From Podarcis tiliguerta (lineage: Eukaryota): a stretch of 64,000 bases of DNA. A program made the translations under genes and the position numbers. The notes beneath the pieces were generated by a model. It was not told where the DNA came from. It saw only the letters and a list, made by a program, of their open reading frames with translations, and did no database searches. The stretch lies in assembly GCA_965153285.1 (NCBI GenBank), contig OZ229111.1, one strand, 5' to 3'. This document shows, piece after piece, positions 1 through 14,357 of the stretch. Position 1 is the first letter of the stretch, and every line of letters begins with the position of its first letter.

Positions 1-760
1 TGGATGAGGGACAATAAGCCGAGACTGAATCCTGACAAGACAGAAACCTTGTGGGTCTGGGAATTAGGTGGAAATCCTGGTTTTGGTCATGCATGCAATC
101 CCTTTGGAAGAGCAGGTTCATAGTCTGTGGATGCTCAGAGATCCATCACTGTCACTGGGGATGCAAGGTGCCTGGCTTCCCGGGAGTGCCTTTTACAAGC
201 GTCAACTTGTTCTCAGGCTACAGTAGTTCCTGGAAAGGAATAGCCTAGCCACTACACCCATGTGTACTGGTGAACTCCCAGAAAATATTTCAATGGACTG
301 CCCTTGAAAATGGTCCCAAAGCTTCAGCTGCTTAGTTGTTGAGCAGTTATCAAGACCATATAACAATTGTCCTGACAGTTACAATGGCTGTCAAGGTGCT
401 TCTAATAGCATATTAAGTTCTAAACAACTTGGACCTAAACAGCCCAGAGTTGAGACATGCAGGGGAGGTCCTTGTGGTAGTCATGCCATTGTGGTGACCT
501 ATACAGTGGCGTAGCGTGGGTTGTCAGCACCCGGGGCAAGGCAAGTAATTTTTGCCCCCTAACCCGTGTATTTGCGCCCCCTAACCCTAACCCCCAGGTG
601 TTGCGCCCGGTGCGGCCAGCCCCCCCTGCACCCCCCACACTACGCCACTGGACCTATAAAAGGGCCTTCTCTGCTGTAGCACCATGACTGTGGAATGCCC
701 TCCCCTCAGATACTGTACTGAGTTTTTCTTGTCAACTGCAAATACATCTGTTTTCTCACA
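1..760 (+). mobile_element. Decayed L2-clade LINE, 3' part of ORF2, interrupted by a MITE at 504-650
   Basis: Frame 1 from base 1 reads WMRDNKPRLNPDKTETLWV, matching the L2 RT-end motif WMxxNxLxLNPxKTE. Downstream GGGCCTTCTCTG..GTGGAATGCCCTCCC is typical of the L2 ORF2 end. End coordinate approximate. Confidence 0.75.
504..650. mobile_element. hAT-type MITE (147 bp)
   Basis: TIRs CAGTGGCGTAG / CTACGCCACTG; perfect 8-bp TSD GACCTATA at 496-503 and 651-658. Confidence 0.92.
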
Positions 761-3011
761 TGGTTGGCTGCTTTATTGCTGTATTATCCCTGTTCTGGTT
801 TTGTATTTCATCTACCCTGACACTTATATTGTTGGATTGTTTTATGTTTTACTCTACTCTATTGTACCCTGCCTTGGGCTTGTTATCAAGGAAGGGTAGA
901 CTAAAAGCACATTTAAACAAACAAACAAAAGTATTTTGTGTGCTAACTAAATATATGATAAATATTATAGTACTACAATACTAAATAAATAATAGTATTG
1001 TATACTTAAATGTAACTCCAATGGCCAAAACACTCTAAGCAGGTTTTTTATTATATCCCACCCCCACCCCCCAGATTCTGCTCTTTTGTGAATGCTAAAA
1101 CAGTGTGTAAGCTAAAATAATTTCCATCCTGTGTTTGCTGTATATGAAAGTAGTTTCTGGGTGTTATTGACTATTTTCTGTTTTGTTATTCGTGAGAAGA
1201 TGCAGCACACTCCTGTTTTGTCATTTTCCATGCTGTGTTGTGAATTTTATTTTTTTAACATTTGCATTTATAGATTTATTTCTTTGTTGGCTGTCTTCCC
1301 AAGTTGTGTGAACCCAGGAACAAAACATTCATTAAGTCCCCTCTCTCTCATGTATATTACCATATTATCCTTGAATTGGAGGTACCTGCTGCACTCCAGT
1401 ACCTGAGGAAATACATCACCTAGTGAAGCCAAGTTAGTATCTCTTAGTAGAATAAATGAGGTTTGGTGAGTAAAGCAACAATGTAAGTTGCTACGGAAAT
1501 CTTATGGGTCATATAGGAAATATAAACAAACACAGTAGTCATTACTTCCTTGTGACTGTTATTATACTGGCATCTGAAGCACAGAAAACACAAAGCTGGT
1601 GTCACTCACAGTGTTCTTGAACAGAGAGATTTTTAAATAGTGTATTTACTTTTCAGTTGCTTTGTCAATAAACAGATGATCTAACAAATGGTGCCAGTAG
1701 TATAATTGTCAATGTTAAAGGTCATTATTTCACTTTCAATATCCTTACTGTTGCTGTCAGATCCAGATTCCAAAGCAGCTATAGTCATTCTTTTTAGCTG
1801 GAGACACTGACAGAATCAATGGTGAGCGCCACCAAGTTTCTGCACAGCTAGAATTCACCAGCAGGTTGGGTTGGTTCCCCCCCCCCCCTTTATTTGTTAC
1901 TTTGGGTCATATCATTTAAAATGGTTCCCTATCCTTTCTATGTATGTCTTCAACATTAGCCTCAACTCTATCAGTTTTGGAACAACTGCATAATGCAGTA
2001 ATGTTAAATATTGCAAGCCATCCTGAGTGATATGTTTTCATAAACAGAAAACGAATATGGACTATGTTTTTGCAAATAACAGATATTAAATTTGAACTTG
2101 AAATTTTAAATCAAGGTCTTGAAAGATGAGAAAACCTTCCCCAATCAATTCATCATGACAATACCCTAAGAAACAGAGGCAATATGTTGGCCTTTTTTCC
2201 TTGTTAGTATTAGCATCTTATTAACCCCACAGATACCCTTTAAAGGGCATCACAATTCAACAATGGAAAGGACCACTGCTGCTACACTGCAGTCACTGTA
2301 CAGCAACTGCAATTACTGAAGCTGCTGGGCATCAGGAACACTATCCCTGTGACCTGATATTCAAAAGCATTTGTTGGTTAATGAGGTACTAAAGAGGCAA
2401 TCTGACAGGAACCTAGTAAAACATCCATTTTGATAGGCACCAATCTAAACACAGAAAATAGGAAAGAATGGGTATTCTTCCAGTGAGATGAGTGAAATTA
2501 TGATTTCTCACTTTCTCTGTCTCTACCTTCTTTTTTACAGCAGTCTTTTTTAACCTTCCTGCAGCATACTGAAAAGCATACCAAAAGAAAAAAAATTCCA
2601 TTTTTTACATTTTGTATCTCCCCACTCCTCACTTTTACCACTTCAGAAAAGCAGGTATAGAATGATTAATAGTAGTTAGGCTGCTTTCAGATTGCTGCAA
2701 TTTTGCAGTCAGGATTCAGCTGCATACCAGCAAATTCAGGTTGTGCAATTAAAGTGGATTTGGTGCTCTTCTGTAACAAACCTGCTTCCAGAAAGCTCCT
2801 GGGCCTTTATTATTACCGGTAGTTATTGGGGGCCATTCAGAATGTTTCCTTGCAAGGCCCAGCAAGTCAAGCAATTGCTAGGTAGGCAGGCCAACCAAGT
2901 TCAACCAAAGCAGCATTTTGACTAATTGTGAGATCCCGAAGGTTTCACATGCACAGAAGCAGAGAGCTGGAGCTCTCCTTGACGTTGTCAACACAGGTTA
3001 AATCTCTAGAT

Positions 3012-3147
3012 CAGGCTTCCTTAACCTCAGCCCTCCAGATGTTTTTGGCCTACAACTCCCATGATCCTTAGCTAGCAGGACCAGTGGTCAGGGATGATAG
3101 GAATTGTAGTCTCTAAACATCTTGAGGGCCAAGGTTGAGGAAGCCTG
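3012..3147. mobile_element. Palindromic hAT (Charlie-like) MITE
   Basis: TIRs CAGGCTTCCT / AGGAAGCCTG with a near-palindromic body; perfect 8-bp TSD CTCTAGAT (3004-3011, 3148-3155), the nTCTAGAn target typical of Charlie-type hATs. Confidence 0.9.
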
Positions 3148-3897
3148 CTCTAGATGGTGGCAAATGCATCTTGACTCTAGTATAGGTATAGAAATCCCAA
3201 TTAACTAATCTGAATTTGGGGTAAGTGCCAGCATTGTAAATGAAGTTACAGGGGGATAGGTGATCAATGAGATCAAATTCTAATTCTCATTCCAAACTAG
3301 CAATATGTGATGACATCTTAACACAGTTGCCTCAGCTTATTTTCCATTATACAGATCCAAGAGCTATAGATCCAAGAGCTATAGAAACACGGTTAAATAA
3401 GCAGCAGTATATAATGTGAGTATACAAACAAAAAATAAATGTGCAAAAATTAAAAGAGCAACTACATAACACAGAAAAATGTGTGCAGCAGTTGCTTCAG
3501 AAACATGTAAACAACTGCACAGCAGTAAACACAATATTGGTAAGTGTTAAATCAATATGAAAACATTCATATTAAACCTATCAAGATCTGGTCTTTTCCA
3601 GATGGAAAAATTTCTTAATAGCTAATGGGATTAAAAACACCACATTTCATCTTCAGAATTATTCATTCATACTTCAGCGTCTGTCTTGCATAATTAGCAC
3701 ACTATTCTTTCCCCAACTGCAGAAAATAAAGAGCCAGTGTTCTCTATACTAAGTGTGGCTGAATTCTTCCAACATTACTGTACTGAAAATCAGCTATACA
3801 TCCTATATTGAGGAGTAGATGCTGAGCATCAGGTGGCATTAGGACTGACTATGGGAGTTGGCAATAAAGCATGTCTTCAAAAGAAAATGACTGATGA

Positions 3898-3927
3898 AAG
3901 AAAAAAGAAAGAAAGAAAGAAAGAAAG
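3898..3927. repeat. (GAAA)n microsatellite
   Basis: Read directly. Confidence 0.85.
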
Positions 3928-5539
3928 ATGCATTTATGTTTTTATTGCTCTATCCCCACACAGGTAGAACCGTTGGTTATACAGTACCCACAAAACAGCC
4001 ATCCAATGTGGCAGAAGGAGAACAATTAAACATACTGTATAGCACAGCCAATATTTAGAAACAGTTAATATGCCCAAATAGCTATCATAACCCTTAGAAA
4101 AGTCAAAAGAGCAACTTTTGTTCCGAGTACATAATATTTGTCTTCCTGAACCATACATGTTTCCAGGACCACAGAGTGTGTAGAAAGCACACAATTTTGG
4201 GGCCTTAGAGTCCTAATCTTACAATTACATCTACAGAACTAGGCATATATAGGGTGAGGTCCAATTAGTCCACCACACGCTGTTGCTCCAGATGCATCCC
4301 CAAAAGAGGACTGGGGGAAGTGACTTTTGCTGATGTCCCCTTTCCCCTACACCTATCCAGAAATCTGTTCTGCATAGTTGGAGTCCCTCAAAACAGATTA
4401 TTGGGGTGCTGGGGGTTGCAGGGAGGGGAATCCACACAAAAAATCTCTTTTCCTCGTCCCTTAGCGGGTGTCTCCCACTGGATCAAAATGTCTCCAGTGT
4501 CATTCTTGATTGATTTGAGGGTTTTTGTTGTTGTTTGCTCCATTAGTTTTAGAATAAGAATAAGAAGTCTCTCTCAAGGTGAGGCAAAGCCACTATACTA
4601 GCTAGTTTTCTGGTAGCAGGTCACTGTTGCTTATCGAGAATGGCGGGCAGGACAGCACTTACATGCACTGCAAAATAAGGATGGATCAGTGCATTTATGG
4701 CCCATTTCAGTTTTCACATTCCAAAATCCATTCCATACTTTTAAATAAGAAAATTGGCATGAAATTTAAATAGTATGTAAATGTGTATCTGGTATCCAGT
4801 TGAAAATATTTTGATCCAATGAGAGGAAAAATATTTGGAGGGAAAATACATATATTCTTTGCATCATACACAGAAGCACAATGCCATTTCAAGGGATTCT
4901 TTCACCCCATGCCACTATGTGTGCTCTACCTTTGATTGTGTTTACCTTTTAACAACACAGTCAAGGGCAAAGAGAAAAGTCATTTCATATTTGACAGGGT
5001 AACCCAAATCAAGATCTGACACATCCTTTTTACACAATGACAATTCACACTGAACAACCACGTACTCTATTCAGAAACCACCTCCTGCACTGTATTTATA
5101 TTTGCTTCTCAGGTGTGGAACCTTTTCAACACAGTATTAACATTTCCTTTAAAGTACTTCCTTGTTTTCTCCTTGAATAAGGGCATCATGAGAATATTGG
5201 CTAGCAGTGAAATTTCAGTACTAGTATTTCAATTTCTTTGATAATGAAAACTTAATTGCACTGTTTTATCGCCAGGTGCTTGTATAATAAGAATAGCTTC
5301 CCTCTTTTGTAAGGCATGTTGCATCTCATATTGCTCTTCCTTGGCAAACCTGGAGCCATAGGTGGCTCAAACTGATTTGCTATCCCCAGCCAGAAATTAA
5401 TTTTGCTTCCTTTTCCATGAGACAATAGTGTCCAAGGCAGGGAAATAATTTGGCTTTCTCCACTTAAAGGTTTTCCCAATTATGCTTTGCTTGTTTTATT
5501 TATTTCAGAAATTTACATACCGCTTAACACTGCAGTCTC

Positions 5540-5890
5540 TAATATGGACTTTGGAATTATGGGTCAACACAGCTACCATTACTTTTTGACCGATTGGGAT
5601 ACATGGAGGTCAGTAATAATAACCCTTGAATGCCTATATGTATTTCTGTTCTGGCTTATATGGGCAAAGATGGAAAGATTTATTACTGTTTAATATTGGA
5701 AGAATGGTTTGTTGGCGTTATTGGAGGCAAAGTTGATATGTTTGATTAGACAAAAAACATTGCTGACATTTATTAATGATAATAATTAGAGAATCCCTTT
5801 TGGACTTTTTGTGTGAAATGGAAAAGGAATGAATTTGAGACATTTTTGGTCTGAAAACTGGGGAAATATTGCTTGATAGAAATTAGAATA
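5540..5890 (+). mobile_element. Probable decayed L1-clade ORF2 3' fragment
   Basis: Degenerate W-K-D...E-W...A-K-L pattern followed by an AT-rich tail; resembles squamate L1 3' ends; boundaries approximate. Confidence 0.35.
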
Positions 5891-8800
5891 TCCAAGAGTG
5901 AATGTTTTTAATAATTTCCTTTGGTATCCTCTGGTCTGTTACCAGGGTCCATGGATTACACACACATGAAGGTAGTGGATGGTTGGCAGAAGGACCTTGA
6001 ATGAAAAGCAGGGAAGCAAAGTTCTCCCAGGGCGAGAGACTGGGAGAAGAAAGGAAAGCTCCCAGCTGAGAGCTGGGAGGATCCACCACTTTCTGTGTGT
6101 GACAAGGCTTAAGAGCTACATTTGAGAAAGGACTCTATATTTTCTTTTTTCGTTCCATTTTGTTTCTGCTTAGACTCGTTTCTTTGATCTTATTGTATTA
6201 TGAAAAAGCTTTAATAAGATCTTATGAAATAAAGGACTGCAGACTTTGGCTCATGGTGAGCAAAAGACAAACATGTGTACAGTACAGGTGAAAGAAGGCT
6301 CTGAATAACACTATGATTATATTGATATATTAATGCAGAAAGAAGGAAGTAGTTCTGAACCGCTTCCTTCTTTATGGTTCAGGAAATTTCATAAACCCAC
6401 CTAAGAATAAAAACAAATTAGTTGCCAACATGCAGCTGCACATTTAATACTAAGCTAATTCTTTGGCTTGGCTCACAAGCTTTGACTTGTGTGAACAATC
6501 TCCCCACCCCCATTTCTGTCCTTTCTGCAGCACCTTGGGCAGCATGTTTGGATGGAATAGGGAGAGATGCCTCTGCCTTCTACCAGCTTGCTACCTTATT
6601 TGCTATGATTTATTCTCTGTAACACAAAATGTGAAGGCAAGTACTAAGGTGAGCAGTGTATTCATTCTATTTGGCTGGGATATTAAGGCAAAGGGAGGCA
6701 GGAAGAAGCAAGGGAAGGAGGGCCGAGAGATGAAAGGCATGTGGACAGAAACAGCAGAGATGAGCCCATTAACTCAACCACTATACAAGATGTGCTGTTG
6801 TCCAGTAGCCTGCAGGAAGCAGCAGGATGGCTGAGGATGAACTGGGGGGGGGGGGTGGAACAGATATGTAGGGGTTCCATCTGCTTTCCTTGTTCCTCTG
6901 GTTTATGCATGTGGTGAAAGTGTTGATGCCTTAGGGGGGAAGAGTTGTTCTGTGGGACTACTGCAGAAAGTAAATGAGGATTGCTCCAATATGCTTGGCA
7001 GCCCAACTGAGGACAGAAGCTCTCATCTGGCTTATGCAATTATGGAGCAGGAATGCATCTTGTCTCCTGCCATGTAGCTCCACAGAGCTGAGGCATATGG
7101 TACTTTGTAAAAAGCGGGACAATCTCTCAGATGCAAACACAGCTGAATTTCAGGTGGGTCACAGAGGCATGCTCAATCACACTACCGCAATTAGAAAGAA
7201 ATAACAAGTTAAAATGAGTTGCAATATTCGGAACCTAAGACCGTAAGTAAGTGCCCTGTACAAAGTCACATTACATGATCACAGCTAGCCAACAATTACG
7301 CCATTCTGCAATAGATGCAATTATATGCATAGCCAATGTGGTTTTAACAGACAGTGACGGGTGGGGAGTTGTAGTTAGTCGCATATACCAAGGTGCGTGT
7401 CATTGATTTTGTTTTCATTTCAGTACTAGCTCAAGATGGATTGACAGGGAAAAGCCTTTTCTGTTGTGAATCACACATCTCCTACAAGAAAGCTGCTGTT
7501 TCCCTGAGGCTTTCAGAGTAATAGCAAGGTGAACAGTTCCACAGCAATGAGGCTCAAAAAGAAAGTAAGTGACACCTAGCTGTGGTGTGAAAATGGCAAT
7601 CATGTCAAAAAGATCAGATGAACAATGTGGGATGGAAGAAAAACAGGCTATACAAATGCAGGCATGGACATAATCTGGAAGTGCTGCTGTATTGTGGTAA
7701 TCCATATATTTTAATAGCTAAGGAATGTGAAGTTTGATGACTTCTACCAATATTGAAATGAGATGACATGGCATAGCCTTCCCTTGGCATTATAGGCTGC
7801 CCTACTGCAAGGTGCAAACTCTGGCAACAGTTGCTGGCCCCATTAGCTTTTTACTATTTGAAAAATAACACAATGTCCTATATAAGTGAAGCACAGACAT
7901 ATGTCAAATCTAATTTATTTTGCATTGCAGAGATTAGGCAAGTCTAGAGAAGGAAAATAAACACATCATTTCACAGTGCAATAATTTTTGTGTGAGAGTT
8001 TTTGGTAACTCAACGTAGCCAGCATCATAAACAGCGGGTTTTCCCCGGGAAAGTGGTGGGACAAAAGAGAAACTTCTCTGACCTGTACCAAGAGTTTATG
8101 GTACAGAGCTCAACCAGAAGTGTGGATGAACTCTGTATGTGACTATTGCAAAGTTCTATAGGATCAGGATTTCAGTGTGTTTTAATCTTCCAAAGACAGG
8201 CATTTAAATGTCTGATTACTTAAGTATTAGCAAGAACTCACTTTCAAGAACACATTAAAGCATGACTAAGGATATTTGAAAGATCACATTTTTGTCTCTC
8301 TTCAATTTAAACCACACACCAAAATACAAATTAGTGTAATATTAATTGATTAATGCAGTGCAATAGGAATGATTAAGTGGCCATACTTATGATGCACTGA
8401 ATTAATAATTATAATAAAATGGTTGGCACAGACCGTATGAAAATGCCTTCTGTTTTAAATTGATAAGATATAGGCCATTATCTAGACACATAAAATTTGG
8501 GAACTGCTGCTAGCTATAGAATTTAAAAGGAACTTATGGGAGATATAAAAATGCATCATACTGTCTTCTATGCAAGTAAATATTAAACCTTAAGTGCCTC
8601 TGCAATAAGGACTATGGAGAAATAATTACCATTCTTGTGTGTCATCCATGGGAGTTCACTGTCAATGTAATACCCAGTAAGTAACACTCCTACTTATTCC
8701 ACATTTTGAAAACCTGAATTCTTTCCTCTGTCATTTCAGTCAATAAGACTATATTCTTACTTTAATAGCTAAGGGCATGCAATTCAAGTAATACACTTAC

Positions 8801-9675
8801 TCTAATGAAATATGATTTAAATCATTGTGAGTTGGTTTGAGAGTTGCAGGTAATGTGGTCATTTAGCTCACGTTGTGGAAAGTAACAGTGCATCACAGAA
8901 CACAATACACATTTCCATGAAAAATAACATGTAGATAATCTCTGCATCGTATATGAATGAGTAAGACTCAAATGCACATGCAAAATACTTTGAAAATGAG
9001 CTTGATTGTGTAATGCAAATAATCGAAATTCTGTTCGGGGAGGGGGTGCAATCAGAATACCAGAAAATGATTCCTACCATGAAGGATACTGCAGACAGAT
9101 CAACTACTAATTTTATATTCCCTTGAATAATTCACTATCAATGCAATTCTAGTATCAAGTGTTAAAATGTGCTTCTTTTATAACATGGTCCTGCGCATGT
9201 ATATTGAAAAGTGCAAATGAGTTCATTGAAGCTTTCTTGCTGCAATCCCATGATCTGGGAGTAAGCCTCACTGAATTAAATGTGACTTTCTTATGAATTA
9301 ATATGTGCTGTTAAGCTGCAAAAAATCCTATACCTACTTTTCTAGGAATAAGCCAAGGAAAGGCAAGTGACTTACTTCTGAGTAGACATGTATAGGACAG
9401 CACTATTAGTTTCTAACTGAACATCCATATAGCCCTACAGTGTCATAATATAGAACAGAACGGCATTCTCAGAAAGAGGGAGCTTCTTAGCCGGATTCAG
9501 TCAAAAGATCCCACTAGTGTAAACACATGCAAGGACATCAACTAGCACAAAGGGGCTTTCCCCACTCCTATCCCCATATGCCTCCTCATTGGTTTGGGGT
9601 GGGGTCTCCAGAAGAGCACACAGGGTGAGATAAAGTGGGCCACTCCATTTGGGAAGCTGAAATGCTCATGAATTG

Positions 9676-9828
9676 GTCTCCCTGGGGAGGTTGCGAACAC
9701 TCCTTCCTTGGAGGTTTTTAAGCAGAGGTTGAATGGCCATCTGTCATGGATGCTTTAGCTGAGTTTCCTGCATTGCAGGGGGTTGGACTAGATGGCCCTC
9801 AGGGTCTCTTCCAACTCTACAATTCTAA
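9676..9828 (+). mobile_element. CR1 LINE 3' end (5'-truncated)
   Basis: CTCCTTCCTTGGAGGTTTTTAAGCAGAGG...GGTTGGACTAGATG..CTTCCAACTCTACAATTCTA, a typical CR1 3' UTR and tail. Confidence 0.85.
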
Positions 9829-12534
9829 GTTTATGGAACAATTGCCACACTGCTGTGTTCCATTCCTCCCAAATATTTTCAGGATTATATTGAACCAACC
9901 ATTTTCATTTGCCTGACTGGTTTCTTTTCGCTAGCAATGAAACTTGATTATTTAAGCTTAATAGATAAGCTAAAGATTGTTTAGAATGCTTTGAGAACAT
10001 CATACAAAACTCACAGTGCTGATTTATCCTTAGAAATGAGTTGATAAACTGGAACTGGAGTCACATCACCAGCTTCTTCTAGGGTTAATCAATCTTGATG
10101 TTGCAACTGGGGAGAGAGGAAAAAACACAACAGAAAGATTCAAGATGACAAGCTATAAAGGACACAACTGAAGTAGGAGAATAGCAGCAGACTACAATAC
10201 TGCGATATCAGATTGGAATTTACAAGATTCTAACAATATATGTATGGTTATAGATGTAAGTTCATGAAGGGTTCTCCTAATGTCTCAATTATACCTTACA
10301 TGCAAGAAAATGTTCAGTCTTGCCCATTGAACATTGTATAATCTCACTGAGTTTTTATAGCAGGTATGCTTCCTAAGACATTTAAGCCTTCCCTCTTATT
10401 AAAAAAAAATGAATTTCACATGTAAAAATCAGTTTTTACTTAATCTCACCAGATGGTAATGCCATCATCTAGAATGTGCATTTGATTTCACTCCCACATT
10501 GTTTTGCATTAATATTTACACATGACATAAACAGCATGAAAAGAGGCTAAAACATTTTGGATGTTATAGGAGATGTGGGTCTTCCATCAAATAACAGTGC
10601 TGAGTCTCCTCCTCCTTTTTGCTGGTAGTGATGCAGAACATCTGACTTGATGCCACCATTTCACTGGCTCCAGTTTCAGGTCCATTTCAATCTCATATCT
10701 GAAGCATCAAACCTGCTTGCAAAGTTAGTATAGGGCATTTCACACTCCTCTTGTCCCAAGCAATAGGATATTCAGCCTGCTGGTTCTCTTTCAGAAATCT
10801 GATAGAATTATAGAATGATCTTACAGGGGAAGATTTATAGGCTCAATTTGCACACAATGCTTCAATAATGTGTGGCATGCAAGTAGCCACTGCTAAAATG
10901 TTTATTGGCTGCTTCGCCCCTGCTTCCTCCTTTCCCCTGCAGCAGAAGAAACAAACCAGAGGCTGGCATGCCATTGCAGCAAATCAGTACTCATGCTTTG
11001 TTTTTTCCCCACTAGCAGCTGGTGAGGCAGAACAGGTGGGGGACTCATAGCTTCCCAATGCAGTGTGCAGTGCAACAGTGCCCTACCCCATGCTGCCTCA
11101 CTGGCCATCACTGTTTCTCTCCTAAACAAACCATGACGGCAAGCCAAGAACAAAGGGGAGCATGTAACAGGAAGAGAGCCACTGCTGACTTCTCTGGCAC
11201 ACTGAAGGAGTGGGTCAGGAATGCCCCAGGGACTTTTGAGCAGCATGCCCCCAACACGTTGCTCATTCGCTTTAAAGCATTATTTAATTCAAACTGTGAC
11301 TTAAAACGATGTGTAATGTTGTTTTATTTCCTGATTTGTGTGCCATTTTTAAAGGCATAATTGCCCCTTCAAAGCCGTGTATAAAATTTCAGGAGAAATC
11401 ATCAGCATCCAGTTAATGCCCCCTTAAATTTCAACAGCACCAGTTAAAACTTGAGTAGTGATTAAGAAAATGAACAGCAATTGAGAAATAATAACAACCC
11501 AGATCAAAATAAATATGTTTTACTGATTGGGCAACTACTGCTGGGGAACAGAAGCAAATGCACAAAACGGTTCTGGGCCATACTCTCTGGGCCAGTGCCA
11601 TGTTCTATGCAGCAGCACCCAGCATATAGCTGGCAATAAATTTTAAGTACAAACAGTAGTAGTTCCAGTAGTGCATCCTCACTTAATCTAACAGATCTGA
11701 GCACAGCAAAATCCAAAATTCAATCAGGCCCCTCCATCCCTTGCAGATGGGTGTAACTTCCAGATGCTTTGGGGTGAATATTTTTTGGCTGCTGCTAATT
11801 GCCCATTAATCAGTGTCTATTTTATCCATCAATTAGCAGATTCCACCATGCTCAAGAGAAAATGGAATTCATATCATATTGCATGTTACAACAGCAAAGA
11901 TAACAACAAAAGAGGTACAGCACCTCTTTCCTCCCACCCAAAGCTCTCCCGTGTGATGCTGTACACTTTAATTCAGACACATTCTAATCAAAGTGTCCAA
12001 CAATCTCTCTGATGAGTCTACTTTCCATCAGAAATGGAAGTGGGGAAAGGGGTGAGGCCAATGACTTATCCTATCTTCAGTCTGCTCTTAGAAAGTACAG
12101 CATGCAGGACATTTCTGTGCTTGGGTTGCCATTGTGTGCAGAACAGCTTTTCATTCATTTTCATTTAGTTAGCATTTTTATTTTCTAGGTTTACTTAGTC
12201 TAGCCTGATTGATCTAATCTTCATTCTCAGTGAGTCTAAGAATTTCATTTCACATTTGAAATAAGAAGCCCTGGAGCATGGCAATGACATCATCATATAC
12301 CAAGGTGCTGTCTTATTCATGTTGCAAACAAAGCCCAAGATAGAAACAAAGCCCCTGTAGTGTGTTCGTCCAGACTGCAATTTTCCATAGATCAGTTGTT
12401 GGTTCTTTTGAGCATATGGTGGAGGGAGTAAACATTCACTGGAAAGTATAGATTTAAAATGGCCTCAAATAAACATGGTCCCATCAACAAGGAGAAAGGA
12501 TTCGTTTTATTACTAGGTTTTAGTGTTTTAGTAT

Positions 12535-13130
12535 TGTTATGAGTTTGTGGGTACAAGACGCTTCTAAATTCCTGGACCCAGTAAGTGTTAGAATTTAATC
12601 AAGCTTCCTGAACCCCTGGATCCAGCAAAAATATAAGCCAGGTCAGCTTCCTCATGAGGTAATTGCCTGGAAGATGAGTCAACAAAGAAAAGGTAATAAG
12701 CCGTTAAGAATGCCAAAGAGAGGTGACTCTGTGCCAGACAGAAAATGTCTTAGGCTCCTCCTTCAACTTGGAGATAGAAGACAAAGTCAGAGTTTGACTT
12801 AGAGTTTTGGGGCTGGCCATGATGTGACCTGGGGCGGGGGGAGGCTGCAGGCTGTTAAAGGCAAAAGCTGGACAGAGGGTCAGAGAATGGTGGTTGATTT
12901 CTGGTTGAATCCAAGACTGCGTTTTTGGGAGAAGCAAGACCCTCTTGGGGTGTTGATACTGTGAACCCCTCCATTGTAGCCTCAGGTTGTATATATGTGT
13001 AAATAAACCATATATCATAAAGGCACCACGGTCTCTGCTGTGCCTCATTCCCAAAAGAAAATACAGAACCTAGGTAAATGCATGGAACTCCTGGAAAGTC
13101 ACGCTGCTTGAAGATCGGGGTCACGCAACA
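12535..13130 (+). mobile_element. Solo LTR (Gypsy/ERV-like, about 600 bp)
   Basis: Ends TGTTATGA...TCACGCAACA; AATAAA near 13001; flanks GTAT/GTGT (3/4 match, 4-bp TSD); shares its poly(A)-signal region with 40400-40558. Confidence 0.65.
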
Positions 13131-13807
13131 GTGTTTTGTTTTAGGAAATTTTATTTAACAGAATTTAACAGAATTTTATTTACTTCTCCAAAAATACAAT
13201 ATGCTAAAGGCAGAACAGAGAACACTAAATCACACTCTTCATAATCAGATTGCTCAGTATGTTCCACGGACTCTTCCTGTCATTAGCATATTGCATTATA
13301 AAATGCATCAAGTTTAAAAAGGAATTTAAATCAAACTTTCATTGCCAAAGCACACCACAAGGTGGCAAGATTGTAAAAATAAAGATTAAATAAAGATTAG
13401 AAGCACATTCAAGTAATGGCATTCAGAGTGACATTTGAATTTCAAATTATTACAACATCCTTTGCATTAGTTTAAAATGCATGCAGCCATCACTGCCCCC
13501 ATGCTTACAGTAGATGTTCTTTCCCCCCAAACTCATCTAACCCCACATCATAATCTAAGAATGATAACACTGACCTACTTTACAGGGCTGTAAGAATTAA
13601 CAAGATAATTGTATATAGTGTTTAAAGCACTATGCGCTGGATGCAGCTGAACAGGGGCTCTAGAGGGAGCCAGTGCATTGAGTCCTGCTAATGCAACAGG
13701 GCTTTCCCCCTCTCCTCCCCCGTGCACCCCAACTCCCCCTCAAATTGGCTCTGCGGGCTCTGGAGTACCCCCAAAACAATGTGTGGGGAGAAGAGAGAGG
13801 AGATTAC

Positions 13808-14043
13808 CAATGGCTTCAAGTTACAAGACAGGAGATTCCGACTAAACATCAGAAAGAACTTTCTGACAGTAAGAGCTGTTCGACAGTAGGACAGACTCCC
13901 TCGGGAGATTGTGGGCTCTCCTTCCTTGGAGGGTTTTAAGCAGAGGTTGGCTGTTCATGGATGCTTTGGCTGAGATTCCTGCATTGAAGGGGGTTCGACT
14001 AGATGACCCTTGGGGATCACTCCCAATGCTACAATTCTATGAT
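13808..14043 (+). mobile_element. CR1 LINE 3' end (5'-truncated)
   Basis: Encodes NGFKLQDRRFRLNIRKNFLTVRAVRQ (CR1 ORF2 C-terminus), followed by the CR1 3' UTR ending ATTCTATGAT. Confidence 0.9.
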
Positions 14044-14357
14044 CATTCCACAGTGCAAACTAAAATGCTTGTGATGGTGGAACAACCGAAAGAGTGTGGC
14101 ATTCCTTATCTATGTTTCAAAGACCTGCAACATTTATGTATGATTGTATTTTCAACTTGCAACCTTACAACTGCTGGATAAGGATATTTGAACTAATGTA
14201 ATACTGTACAAAACCATGCTGCTGCTGTGGGTATACCAAATTAAAGTGCAAAGTGGTATTTGTGATTCTGTTGTGCTAGTAATTATTCCACTGTAACCAC
14301 TACAGCAGAAATAATATAGCGCAACTGACTTTTGGGGTTGGTGTGTTGTGCGACAAG

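Noticed and set aside
1751-1826. CAG...GTGAGC exon-like segment
   Set aside because: Stop codons in all three frames.
3353-3385. 15-bp tandem duplication AGATCCAAGAGCTAT x2
   Set aside because: Ordinary local slippage duplication with no associated structure.
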